From positions 2,426,756 to 2,490,755 of the forward strand of contig CAWEXJ010000002.1 in the NCBI GenBank assembly GCA_963813035.1: a DNA stretch of 64,000 nt, in the 5' to 3' direction. A program made the position numbers and the translations under genes. Below the pieces are notes generated by a model. That model did not search any database. It worked only from the letters and a program-made list of their open reading frames with translations, and was not told the DNA's origin. The stretch's first letter is position 1. Each line of letters starts with the position of its first letter. Shown here piece by piece: positions 27,170-36,485 of this stretch. Source of the DNA: an uncultured Solirubrobacteraceae bacterium (GTDB lineage: Bacteria > Actinomycetota > Thermoleophilia > Solirubrobacterales > Solirubrobacteraceae).

Positions 27170-28699
27170 CTAGCGCGCCGCCGTTACGCCTTCCGGAACG
27201 AGAACCTCGGGATGAGCGTCGGTTATGACGTGCCGGCGCAGCTGTGCCTCGTCGAGCAGGCGGGCCGACGGAGCCAGGAAGCGGTAGACCAGCAGGCCGT
27301 CCACTTCGCGACGTTCGACGAGCCGGAATCCCGCGGCAGGCGGCTGGGAGGCCGAGGCGCGCAGCGGCCGATAGCCCGTCTCGAGCACTTCGTCCACCCG
27401 CACCTGAGATCCCGGGCTCAGGTAGTGCAGACCAGGCAGGTAGTACTCGAGCGGCGCGGAGCCCAGCTCGACGGTGGTGATCGCCCTCGGCCCGGGGCCC
27501 GCGCCGACGATCTTGGCCAGGTCGCGCCAGTTCCCGCGCTGCAGGCGCGGACTGAGATCAACATCGAGGGTGATCGCAAGAAAGCCCGCGGCGGCCAGGG
27601 CGAGGGCCGCGAGGCCCAGAGCCCCGCTGCGCGGCCAGCAGCCAAGCAGGACGATCAGCACCGTCAGCGGGACCATTGCCGCCACGAGATTGCGTGGAGC
27701 CAGATAATCGGACCCGAGGAGGGCCATCGCCAGCGGTGTGAGGACCCCCGCCGCCGCGATCGCCAGCAGCGCCCCGGCGCCGGCCCGGGCCGGGGCCTCG
27801 CGGCCCCACTCGGGGCGAGTGGCCGGGATCTCGAAGATGTGCCAGATCCCGATCGCCGCGGCCGCCAGGACCGGGAGCGCCAGCAGCAGCTCGATGCCCC
27901 GTCCGAGGGGGGCGCCTGAGTTGCCCGTGAGGTAGTACTGCGGGATCGCCTGGAGGCGTTCGGAGAGCGGCCAGCGGCCGATCCACTGCGTGCCGTGCCC
28001 GCCCTGTGCGGAGATCAGCGGCAACAGCGCGAGACCCGCGGCCCCGAGCGCGGCCAGGGCCGGCAGGCAGGCGCGCCGCGTTCTTCGGTCCGCCAGCAGC
28101 CAGATGGCCATCGCCCCCAGCATGAAGACGGCGAAATAGTGGCTGGCCAACGCCAGGATGCCCGCCAGGGCGAAGGCCGCGGTGCGACGAGCGCCGGGGC
28201 GCTCGCGCAGGCGCAGGCAACAGAGGATGGCGAGTGACGCTGTCAGCGCGAACAGGCTGTAGGCGCGTGCCTCCTGGGAGTACCAGACGAACAGCGGGTT
28301 GACGGCCACGAGGGCGGCGCTCCAGATTGCGGCTCTCCGGCCGGCGAGCATCTCGCCGATCGCCCAGGCGACGGGCACCGTCAGGATTCCGGCCAGCGCC
28401 GAGGGCAGGCGCAGGGCGAGCACGCCACTGCCCAGGATGCGGTAGTCGAGCCACTCGAGCACGTACCACAGGGGCGGGCTGTTCTCGGTGCGGGACATCG
28501 CCCGCATCGTCGCCGCGAGGCTCGGGTGCAGGACATGGACGGGAGTGAACGCCTCGTCGTACCAGAAGCTCTGCAGATCGAGCGTCGAGAGGCGCAGCGC
28601 GGCAGCCAGCAGCGTCAGCGCAGCCAGTGGCCACCACCTCGGCAGGCTCCGGGCCCCGGCACGGGAGCGCTCGGCGGCCGGCCGCGCGACGGCGTTCAT
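27170..28699 (-). CDS. GT-C glycosyltransferase, family 39/83-like (PMT/ArnT-type)
   Basis: Multi-TM protein with first-loop LSTLDLQSFWYDEAFT (DE motif). ATG 28699 overlaps the upstream stop (ATGA). Stops 14 nt before the shc start. Confidence 0.7.
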   Translation of the reverse strand: MNAVARPAAERSRAGARSLPRWWPLAALTLLAAALRLSTLDLQSFWYDEAFTPVHVLHPSLAATMRAMSRTENSPPLWYVLEWLDYRILGSGVLALRLPSALAGILTVPVAWAIGEMLAGRRAAIWSAALVAVNPLFVWYSQEARAYSLFALTASLAILCCLRLRERPGARRTAAFALAGILALASHYFAVFMLGAMAIWLLADRRTRRACLPALAALGAAGLALLPLISAQGGHGTQWIGRWPLSERLQAIPQYYLTGNSGAPLGRGIELLLALPVLAAAAIGIWHIFEIPATRPEWGREAPARAGAGALLAIAAAGVLTPLAMALLGSDYLAPRNLVAAMVPLTVLIVLLGCWPRSGALGLAALALAAAGFLAITLDVDLSPRLQRGNWRDLAKIVGAGPGPRAITTVELGSAPLEYYLPGLHYLSPGSQVRVDEVLETGYRPLRASASQPPAAGFRLVERREVDGLLVYRFLAPSARLLDEAQLRRHVITDAHPEVLVPEGVTAAR

Positions 28700-29184
28700 C
28701 GCGCGCAGAGCCCCCTCGCGGCGGTGCCGAAACAGCCGTAGCGGTACTGGTAGTCGTTGTGCTGGACATAGGCGGGTACGTACCACCCGCCGAGCACCTG
28801 GCGTCTACCGCCCTTGATCGCCCCGGCGATCAGCAGGCAGATCTGCGGGTGGCTGTCGGGCGCACCGCCGATGGTGTTGCCGCAGGCGACGTCACGTGTG
28901 CTCGAGATGCCGAACAGCTGCTGCTCGACACCGACGTTGTGAAAGTCGTGGCTCGTGTAGGCCCGCCACGTGGCGATGTCGGCGATCAGGCGTTTGTTGA
29001 CGCCCACGTTGCGAACATCGTCGGCGATCGTGGCCGTTGCGAGCACCAGTCCGACGAGGATCAGCACCGCCGTCTCGATCAGGCGCAGCTCGCCCGCCCC
29101 CGGACGTTCGGTCTCCAGCGGGCGCAGCCGCGGCGGGAGGCGGTCCCAGAACCGGCGCGGGGCAGCGGCGGGGGTCTCGCTCAT
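28696..29184 (-). CDS. small membrane-anchored extracytoplasmic protein with four Cys, function unknown
   Basis: ATG 29184 overlaps the upstream stop (ATGA). One TM (AVLILVGLVLATATI), then ~100 aa with four Cys (VACGN, QICLL, YGCFG, GLCAR). Confidence 0.6.
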   Translation of the reverse strand: MSETPAAAPRRFWDRLPPRLRPLETERPGAGELRLIETAVLILVGLVLATATIADDVRNVGVNKRLIADIATWRAYTSHDFHNVGVEQQLFGISSTRDVACGNTIGGAPDSHPQICLLIAGAIKGGRRQVLGGWYVPAYVQHNDYQYRYGCFGTAARGLCAR

Positions 29185-30515
29185 TGCACCGGCGCCAACA
29201 GGGGCGAGAGCTGGTGGGCGACGAACAGGCCCTGGACCGCCAGGGTCGCGGCGAGCAGGCGCCGGTCGCGGGAGATGACCGCGAGCGGCAACGGCCACAG
29301 GATGTACCAGGCGAGCAGCCAGGTGCTGGTAACCGAGATCGCAAGCAGCGTCCAGCCGGACGCAGCGACCCAGTCATAGCCGCGCCAGGTGCGCCACAGC
29401 AGGTACAGAAAGACGATTACAAGCCCGCCCTTCAGCAGGTCGTGATCGATCGGGAACACCCCCGGCTTGCCGAACAGATGGGCGATCTCGGTGGCGAAGC
29501 TGTCAGTCGAGACCAGGGCCGCGTCGCGGTTCAGCGCCGCCACGATGTCCACCCCATGGATGCCGAACGCGAGGAAGCCGATCAGGGCGCCGGTGGCGAG
29601 CGCGGCCACCATACCCACGACCGGAGCCAGCCGCCGCCGCGAGACGATCATGAAGGGCAACATGGCACCGAGTGTCGCCTTGACGAGCGCGCCGGCCACG
29701 ACCACCGCGGCCGCCCCCCCTTCGCGCCTCGCGCCCGAATTCGCCGTCAGCGTCAGGCTGACCGCGAACATCATTGCGCCCAGCATGATCAAGTCGTTGT
29801 GAGCGCCGCCGAGACCGTAGAGGTAGTAGAGCGGATTCAGCGCCACCGCCAGCAGGGCGAACATCGGGTCGAGGCCGCGCAGCCGTGCGCAACGCCAGAC
29901 AAGGACGAGCGTCGCGATGCTCGCGACGGTCGCCCACAGCTTCATGGCCCATAGCGCACCGGCAACCCCCAGCAGGCCCAGCGGGTAGGAGAGCAGCGTG
30001 TAGATGGGCCCGTAGGCGGTGGCCGTACGCACCCAGTCCGAGCCCACGTCGTGAAAGATCGGATCCCCGTCGATCGACAGTGGCCCGTGGGTGTACGGGT
30101 TGATCCCGTGCACGACCCCCATCCGGGCGTATGCGATGTAGCTGAACACGTCCGTCGAGAGCAGGACGGGACCGACGAAGAGGACCAGATGGATCAGGGC
30201 GATCAGCCCGAGAGCGAAGCGTTTCGAGATCGCCCCCGCGCTGCGGGCGGCCAGCGCGAGCAATCCCCCGTAGCAGGCGCACGATGCCAGCAGGGCGATC
30301 AGGAAGATCCGGAAGCCCAGGTGCTGGCCGAGGCCCTTCAGCCAGCCATCGGTGTCCGGGGAACGGGGAACCAGCGGCGAGTGCCCCGAGGCTGCATCGA
30401 TGGCCACCTCGAGCAGGGCCGCCAGCAGCAGCGCGCCCAGCGCATATGCGAGCGCCGCCCGGCGATCGGAGCGTGCCACGGCCGGGGCGCGCTCGCTCTC
30501 TATCGCGGCGCTCAC
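29181..30515 (-). CDS. GT-C glycosyltransferase, MptB/DUF2029-like (polyprenyl-phosphate-sugar dependent)
   Basis: Multi-TM protein with first-loop STDVFSYIAYARMGVVHGINPY and YGPIYTLLSYP, resembling mycobacterial alpha-1,6-mannosyltransferase-type proteins. GTG 30515 chosen; the ORF-track upstream part overlaps ALDH in another frame. Confidence 0.6.
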   Translation of the reverse strand: MSAAIESERAPAVARSDRRAALAYALGALLLAALLEVAIDAASGHSPLVPRSPDTDGWLKGLGQHLGFRIFLIALLASCACYGGLLALAARSAGAISKRFALGLIALIHLVLFVGPVLLSTDVFSYIAYARMGVVHGINPYTHGPLSIDGDPIFHDVGSDWVRTATAYGPIYTLLSYPLGLLGVAGALWAMKLWATVASIATLVLVWRCARLRGLDPMFALLAVALNPLYYLYGLGGAHNDLIMLGAMMFAVSLTLTANSGARREGGAAAVVVAGALVKATLGAMLPFMIVSRRRLAPVVGMVAALATGALIGFLAFGIHGVDIVAALNRDAALVSTDSFATEIAHLFGKPGVFPIDHDLLKGGLVIVFLYLLWRTWRGYDWVAASGWTLLAISVTSTWLLAWYILWPLPLAVISRDRRLLAATLAVQGLFVAHQLSPLLAPVQ

Positions 30516-30528
30516 GAAACGGCGGGGC

Positions 30529-32031
30529 TCACAAAGCGGTCCACACCGTCTTGCTCTCGAGGTAGGCGTCGAGGCCGTCATGGCCGTGCTCGCGGCCGAT
30601 GCCGGAGGACTTGAAGCCACCGAACGGCGCCGCGGGGTCGACAGCCCCCCAGGTGTTGATGAAGACCATCCCCGCGCGCAGCAGGGCAGCCAGCTTGTGA
30701 GCGTTGCCCACGTCGCGCGTCCAGACGCCGGCTGCGAGCCCGTACTCGGTTGAGTTGGCGCGCTCGGCCACCTCCTCGAGCGTGTCATAGGGCGAGGCCA
30801 CGAGGACGGGGCCGAAGATCTCCTCGCGGGCGATCCGCAGATCGTCGGAGGTCGTGCTGAAGAGGGTCGGGGAGACGAAATAGCCGCCGCTGTCCGTGAG
30901 CGCCATCTCGCCGCCGGCGAGCACCTCGGCGCCCTCATCCAGGCCGGACCGGATGTAGCTCATGACCCGCTCCTGCTGCTCGGCGGAGACCAGCGGGCCG
31001 AGTTGCGTACCGGCGTCCAGGCCCGGGCCCAGCCGCGCCGAGTTGGCGGCCTCGGCGAGCGCCGAGAGGACCTCGTCGTAGCGCTCGGAGGGCACGAACA
31101 GCCGCGAACCCGCGTTGCAGGCCTGACCCGAGTTGAAGTAGATCGCCTGGAACGAGCCCTTGACCGCGGCGTCGATGTCGGCGTCCGCCAGGATCACGTT
31201 CGGTGACTTGCCGCCGAGCTCGAGCGTCACACGCTTGAGCGCCCGGCCCGCCTTGGCGCCGATCTCGCGGCCCACGGCCGTCGAACCGGTGAAAGCGATC
31301 TTGTCGACATCCGGGTGCTCCACGAGCGCCGCCCCCGTCTCGCCGTCGCCGGTCAGGATGTTGATGACGCCGGGCGGGAAGCCGACCTCGAGCGCCAGCT
31401 CGCCCAGGCGCAGGGCGCTCAGCGGCGTCTGCTCGGCCGGCTTGAGCACGACCGTGCAGCCCGCCGCCAGGGCCGGGCCGAGCTTCCATGCGGCCATCAG
31501 CAGCGGGAAGTTCCAGGGAATGATCTGGGCCGCCACGCCGACCGCTTCGCGGCGCGTGTAGCAGTGCATGTTCGGCGCGGCTACCGGCAGGACGCCCCCC
31601 TCGATCTTGGTGGGCCAGCCTGCGAAATAGCGCAGGTGAGCGACGGCGCCGTTGACGTCCACGTACTGGGCCAGGCCGACGGGCTTGCCGTTGTCCAGCG
31701 ACTCGATTTCCGCGAATTCCTTGGCGTGGTCCTCGAGCGCGCCGGCCAGCGCGTGCATCAAGCGCTCGCGTCCTGCCGCGGGCATCGATTTCCAAGGACC
31801 GTTGGCGAATGCCTCACGGGCGGCCGTCACAGCTCTGGAGACGTCCTCCGCACCGCCTTGGGCGACCTGGGCGATCTCGCGTCCGGTGGCCGGGTCGAGC
31901 GTCGCGAACGTTCTGCCGTCGGCGGCATCCAGGCGCTCGTCGCCGATCAGCAGCTTGTGCGACTGGGCGATGAATTCACGCGCTGGGGCGCCGAGCGCGT
32001 CGGGGAGGGAGTCCGCAGAGATAGTGGTCAT
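30529..32031 (-). CDS. NAD(P)-dependent aldehyde dehydrogenase
   Basis: VTLELGGKSP (catalytic Glu) and FNSGQACNAGSRLF (catalytic Cys). 500 aa. Confidence 0.93.
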   Translation of the reverse strand: MTTISADSLPDALGAPAREFIAQSHKLLIGDERLDAADGRTFATLDPATGREIAQVAQGGAEDVSRAVTAAREAFANGPWKSMPAAGRERLMHALAGALEDHAKEFAEIESLDNGKPVGLAQYVDVNGAVAHLRYFAGWPTKIEGGVLPVAAPNMHCYTRREAVGVAAQIIPWNFPLLMAAWKLGPALAAGCTVVLKPAEQTPLSALRLGELALEVGFPPGVINILTGDGETGAALVEHPDVDKIAFTGSTAVGREIGAKAGRALKRVTLELGGKSPNVILADADIDAAVKGSFQAIYFNSGQACNAGSRLFVPSERYDEVLSALAEAANSARLGPGLDAGTQLGPLVSAEQQERVMSYIRSGLDEGAEVLAGGEMALTDSGGYFVSPTLFSTTSDDLRIAREEIFGPVLVASPYDTLEEVAERANSTEYGLAAGVWTRDVGNAHKLAALLRAGMVFINTWGAVDPAAPFGGFKSSGIGREHGHDGLDAYLESKTVWTAL

Positions 32032-32088
32032 CGCTGGAGCCTACCTCCATGGCACCCGCGTGCGCCGCCCCTGCGCCCGCGCGCGGCC

Positions 32089-32961
32089 TCAGGCGTTGAG
32101 CGCCGTCAGCGGCAGTGGATGGCCGACCTCGAACCCCTGTGCGAAGTCGACGTCGTAGGCCCTCAGCATTTCGAGCGTCGGGCCGTCGCCGACGAACTCG
32201 GCGATCGTCTGGCGCCCCATTCCGCGAACGATCCGGGCGATCGCCCGCACGACCAGCTGGTCGGTTCGCGAGGAGGGCAGGTTGCGGATGAAGTCCCCGT
32301 CGATCTTGAGGTGGCTGAACGGGAGCTGCTTGAGGTATTGAAAGGAGCCAAAGCCGGCACCGAAGTCGTCCAGTGCCAGGCCGCAGCCCAAGTCCAGGAC
32401 GCCGGTGCAGAAGGCGCTTGCCCGGCCCATGTCGGAGATGGCGGCGGTCTCGGTGATCTCAACCGCGAGACGCTCGGGCTCGACTCCGCCGCGGATCAGG
32501 CAGCGGTCGATGAAGGAGAGCATGCTGCCGTCGGTCACCGACAGGGCCGAGACGTTCACGGCGACCGTGGCTCCCTCCAGAGCTCGCTCGCGGCCGAGCA
32601 TCCGCGTGACCCGCGCCAGGACCATCCGGTCGATCTCGCCGATCAGCCCGTAGCGCTCGGCGGCCGGCAGGAAGCGGCCCGGGGCGATCAGCTGCCCGCT
32701 CGGCTGCTCGACCAGACGCAGGAGCGCCTCGTAGTGGGAGATCGTGCCGTCCTGCAGCGAGACGATCGGCTGGAAGTGCAGCTCGAACTCGTCGCGTTCC
32801 AGGGCCCGGCGCAGGCGCGCCACCCACGGGCGCCCGTGCAACCCTGCGGGAGATGACAGGGCAGCACCCGCCGATCCGCTGCGGTAGCGGCCATGCCTGG
32901 CTGCCGGCGGGGTCCTGATGGAGATCCGCGGCATCGCATTTGTCCCGGTCGAGCTGCCCAT
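32089..32961 (-). CDS. EAL-domain c-di-GMP phosphodiesterase (stand-alone)
   Basis: HYEALLRL, EITE, LDDFGAGFGS, LKIDGDF, AEFVG and QGF: all catalytic motifs are present. Alternative start at 32934. Confidence 0.85.
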   Translation of the reverse strand: MGSSTGTNAMPRISIRTPPAARHGRYRSGSAGAALSSPAGLHGRPWVARLRRALERDEFELHFQPIVSLQDGTISHYEALLRLVEQPSGQLIAPGRFLPAAERYGLIGEIDRMVLARVTRMLGRERALEGATVAVNVSALSVTDGSMLSFIDRCLIRGGVEPERLAVEITETAAISDMGRASAFCTGVLDLGCGLALDDFGAGFGSFQYLKQLPFSHLKIDGDFIRNLPSSRTDQLVVRAIARIVRGMGRQTIAEFVGDGPTLEMLRAYDVDFAQGFEVGHPLPLTALNA

Positions 32962-33015
32962 TTCCGGTCATCTTCGACGGCACCGGCCGTCCACCTTCGA
33001 TCGAGCGCAGCCCGT

Positions 33016-34404
33016 TCAGGCCCGGCGGCGGGCCCGAGAGGGCCTTCGTGCACGGTCGGAGACGACCAGCAGCAGCGCCACGAGGACGAAGTTCATGACC
33101 ACCGAGGAACCGCCGTAGGCGACGAACGGCAGGGTCACGCCCGTCAGCGGGATCACCCGTGTGACGCCGCCCACGATCACGAACACCTGCAGGGCGATGA
33201 CGAACGACAGGCCCGTGGCGAGCAGCTTCGAGAACGAGTCGCGGGCCAGGACCGCGGTCTTCAGCCCGCGAGCCGCCAGCAGCAGGTAGACGACCAGCAG
33301 CCCGACGCCACCGAGCAGACCCAGCTCGTTGACGATGACCGCGTAGATCATGTCGCTTTCGGGCACCGGCAGGATCGGCGGACCGTGGTGTTCGTAGCGC
33401 AAAAGCGATCGGTCGAAGCCGGTGCCCAGAAGCCCGCCGTCGGCCTGCGCGAAGAGCGACTGGGCGAGCTGGTAGCTGCCCCCGACCTGGCGCTTGTAGA
33501 GCGCTTCGTTGAACGGGTGTTCCCAGGCCTCCACGCGGGCCTGGACGTGGCTCACGTGCCCGGTCACGTACCACACCCCTAGTGCGAACAGGATCAGGCC
33601 GATGAGCGGGAAGGACACGCGGCCCGTCGCCACGTAGAGCAGCGCCAGGAAGGCGCCGTAGAACATCAGCGACGTGCCAAGCTCGCGCGTGATCAGCAGC
33701 GTCCCCATCGAGGCTCCCCAGACGATCAGCATCGGGCCGAACTGCTTCATGGGCGGGATCGTCAGGCCGAGAAAACGCCGTCCGGCGGTGACGAGAACCT
33801 GGCGGTTGTCGCGCAGATAGCTGGCCAGGAAGATGACGATGGCCACCTTGGCGAACTCGGCCGGCTGGAAGGAGAGGCTGCCCAGGTGGATATCCAGATA
33901 GGCGCCGTTGACTTCCTCGCCGATCCCGGGCAGCCGCGGTAGCAATGTCATGGCGATGCCGGCGGCGGCGATCGTGTATCGGTACCGCTCGAGCACCGCT
34001 ACTCCGTTGCGTCTCAGCGCAAGGATCGTGACCGCGAACAGTGCCACGCCGGCCACCATCCACTGCGCCTGCTGGCGGGCCAACACGGGATCGATCCGGT
34101 AGATCATCACGATGCCGACGCTCGACAGGACCGCCACGAGGGGAAACAGATAGGGGTCCGCATCGGGCAGGGCGAAGCGGATCACCAGGTGACCGGCGAG
34201 GCAGATTCCGAGAAACAGCAGGCCGTAGGTCAGTGAGACGCTCGAAGCGTGGTTGAGCGTCAGGTTGGTCGACGCCCCGGGGGTGTCCTGTTCGGACTGG
34301 ATGAAGATCGCCGTGAAGCCCGCCGTCACGAGCAGGGCGGACGGAATCAGGCCCAGGAGCTCCCGATTGCGAGGACTGAACACCGTCCCGAGCGTACCCC
34401 CCAT
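33016..34404 (-). CDS. SEDS-family peptidoglycan glycosyltransferase (FtsW/RodA)
   Basis: C-terminal TGVTLPFVAYGGSSVVMNF signature and ~10 TM segments. ATG 34404 chosen over ORF-track 34479. Confidence 0.88.
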   Translation of the reverse strand: MGGTLGTVFSPRNRELLGLIPSALLVTAGFTAIFIQSEQDTPGASTNLTLNHASSVSLTYGLLFLGICLAGHLVIRFALPDADPYLFPLVAVLSSVGIVMIYRIDPVLARQQAQWMVAGVALFAVTILALRRNGVAVLERYRYTIAAAGIAMTLLPRLPGIGEEVNGAYLDIHLGSLSFQPAEFAKVAIVIFLASYLRDNRQVLVTAGRRFLGLTIPPMKQFGPMLIVWGASMGTLLITRELGTSLMFYGAFLALLYVATGRVSFPLIGLILFALGVWYVTGHVSHVQARVEAWEHPFNEALYKRQVGGSYQLAQSLFAQADGGLLGTGFDRSLLRYEHHGPPILPVPESDMIYAVIVNELGLLGGVGLLVVYLLLAARGLKTAVLARDSFSKLLATGLSFVIALQVFVIVGGVTRVIPLTGVTLPFVAYGGSSVVMNFVLVALLLVVSDRARRPSRARRRA

Positions 34405-34481
34405 TCCGGCGCTGCGCTCCGACACGGCCGCTACCCTTGGGGCCGGCAACGCGGGGGGCCGGCGCTGCCGCCACGGCATCT

Positions 34482-36047
34482 ATGCACCTCCGAGAGCTCA
34501 AACCCATGGACGACGAGCGCCCACCCTCGCTCTCGCGGGGCATGTGGCTGCGCTTCGCCATCGCGGCCGTGCTGATCGTCGGCCTCAGCGGCGCCGCGAC
34601 GGCGACCGTGACGCTCAACAAGGCCAGCTCGATCGCCGAAGAGCTGTTCCCGTCGCGCAACGAGATCAAGACACCCAAGGGGCTCGTGACGCCCGAATAC
34701 GGCGGCGGCCCGCAGACCTTTCTGATTCTCGGTTCTGACCGGCGCTCGGGCTCCAAAAACGCCGGCGAACGCGACGCGGCGGCGCACAGCGACACGATTC
34801 TGCTGGTCCGCTTCGACCCGAGCCAGGGCCAGACCTCGGTGCTCTCGATCCCGCGTGACCTGATGGTCGACATCCGCACCCCCTCGGGCGAGCTCTACGC
34901 CGGATCGAAGATCAACGCCGCCTACACGATCGGAAGCCTCCAGAGGGGCACCGACGGCGGCAGCGTGCTCGCGGCCGAAACGATCGAGCGCGAAGTCTTC
35001 CCGGAACTCAAAGGCCAGCTGAACGGGATCATCGACGTCAACTTCGCGGGTTTCATCAAAGTTGTCGATGCGCTCGGCTGCGCCTACGTCAACGTCGACC
35101 ACCGCTATCTCGGCGGGGGCGCACTCGATGAAAACTTCTCGGCCATCAACCTCCAGGCGGGCTACCAGAAGCTCTGTTACAACAACGCGCTCTCCTACGT
35201 CCGTTTCCGCCACTTCGACTCGGACCTCGTGCGGGTGGCGCGCCAGCAGGACTTCCTGCGCGACCTGCGCGAGCAGGTCTCTCCTGAAATCGACAGCATC
35301 GACCGGATCGCCAAGGCCGTCGGGCACGCGATCAGGACCAACTTCCATGCTTCGGCCAGCGAGCTGATCCTGCTCTCCAAGCTGATTGCCTTCTCGCAGT
35401 CAAAGCCCCTGCGCCAGGTCAAGTTCCGCTTCGCCAACGCCGACGCCATCGGGCCAGCCGGTGAATCGTTCGTCACCTCGACGCCCGAACTGGAGAAAGA
35501 AACGCTCGCGGAATTCCTGCACCCGGGCGCCCACGTCGTGCTACCCGCCTCGCACGCCGCGAGCCATTCTGGAAAGGGCCACCAGCACCACGGCTCCCCC
35601 ACTCCCGGCGCCAGCCCGCGGGCGCTCGACCTGGTGTCGAGCACCGGCGAGAGTAAGGCTGTCAGCGCGGCCCTGCACGTGCCCTTCCCGGTCCTCTACC
35701 CCACCCTGCAGACCGGCCCCGCGGTGCAGCAGGAAGTCCGCCCGTATGCGCTGCGCAACCTCCAGCACGAAGTGCGCTTCGCCTACACGGTCGTTTGGCA
35801 GGTCAACACGATCGGCGGCTACTACGACTTCGAGGGAACCAACTGGCTCGATCCGCCACTGTTCAAGGACTCGCGCACGGCGAGAATCGACGGACGGGAA
35901 TACAAACTGGTGGACGACGGCTCGCACATCCACGTGATCGGCTGGCGCCACCGCGGCACCCTCTACTGGCTCACCAACACGCTGCTCGAGGATCTGACCA
36001 ACGCGCAGATGCTCGCGATCGCCAAATCAGCGCAGCCGCTGCACTAA
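34482..36047 (+). CDS. LytR-CpsA-Psr (LCP) family protein with long C-terminal extension
   Basis: N-terminal TM, then LCP core (SDTILLVRFDPSQGQTSVLSIPRDLMVDI), then ~250 extra residues. Start at ATG 34482 or 34506. Confidence 0.85.
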   Translation: MHLRELKPMDDERPPSLSRGMWLRFAIAAVLIVGLSGAATATVTLNKASSIAEELFPSRNEIKTPKGLVTPEYGGGPQTFLILGSDRRSGSKNAGERDAAAHSDTILLVRFDPSQGQTSVLSIPRDLMVDIRTPSGELYAGSKINAAYTIGSLQRGTDGGSVLAAETIEREVFPELKGQLNGIIDVNFAGFIKVVDALGCAYVNVDHRYLGGGALDENFSAINLQAGYQKLCYNNALSYVRFRHFDSDLVRVARQQDFLRDLREQVSPEIDSIDRIAKAVGHAIRTNFHASASELILLSKLIAFSQSKPLRQVKFRFANADAIGPAGESFVTSTPELEKETLAEFLHPGAHVVLPASHAASHSGKGHQHHGSPTPGASPRALDLVSSTGESKAVSAALHVPFPVLYPTLQTGPAVQQEVRPYALRNLQHEVRFAYTVVWQVNTIGGYYDFEGTNWLDPPLFKDSRTARIDGREYKLVDDGSHIHVIGWRHRGTLYWLTNTLLEDLTNAQMLAIAKSAQPLH

Positions 36048-36442
36048 CCCCGGGCGCCATCCAGCGCGGCGTTGACGAGCGCGTCGGCGCGGGCGTTCTG
36101 GGCCCGCGGGACGGTCCTGATGGTCCAGGACGCAAAGCCGCGCAAAGCCGCGATCGATTGCTCATAGAGCGGACGCATGGCTTCGTGCTTGACCTTGTAG
36201 AGACCCTGCACCTGCTTGGCGATCAGCTCCGAATCGCCGATCACCTCGACCTCCTCGGCGCCGAGCTCGGCTGACTTCTTCAGTCCCAGCAGAAGCGCAC
36301 GGTACTCGGCGACGTTGTTCGTGGCCCTTCCCAGCAGTTCGGCATGCTCGCCCAGCAGCTCGCCCTGGGCGGAGCTGATCACGCAGGCGGCCGCGGCCGG
36401 GCCCGGGTTGCCACGGGCGCCGCCGTCGACGTGGACGATCAC
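36044..36442 (-). CDS. rnhA: ribonuclease HI
   Basis: VDGGARGNPGPAAAA, NNVAEYRALLLGL and GDSELIAKQ (DEDD residue contexts). 132 aa. Confidence 0.88.
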   Translation of the reverse strand: MIVHVDGGARGNPGPAAAACVISSAQGELLGEHAELLGRATNNVAEYRALLLGLKKSAELGAEEVEVIGDSELIAKQVQGLYKVKHEAMRPLYEQSIAALRGFASWTIRTVPRAQNARADALVNAALDGARG

Positions 36443-36485
36443 CTTTATGGCGCGGCCTTCAAGTGCCCGGGGCAGCGCGGTACGG

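Noticed and set aside
20428-32031. The hopanoid/GT-C array as a horizontally acquired island.
   Set aside because: No obvious change in base composition or codon style relative to the flanking housekeeping genes is visible, and there are no mobility genes at the borders. Not computed.
32459-34879. 806-aa minus-strand ORF spanning the EAL gene 5' end, the SEDS gene and the LCP gene start.
   Set aside because: It runs across three well-supported genes in other frames, and its translation is low-complexity Arg/Pro/Gly. This is a GC artefact.
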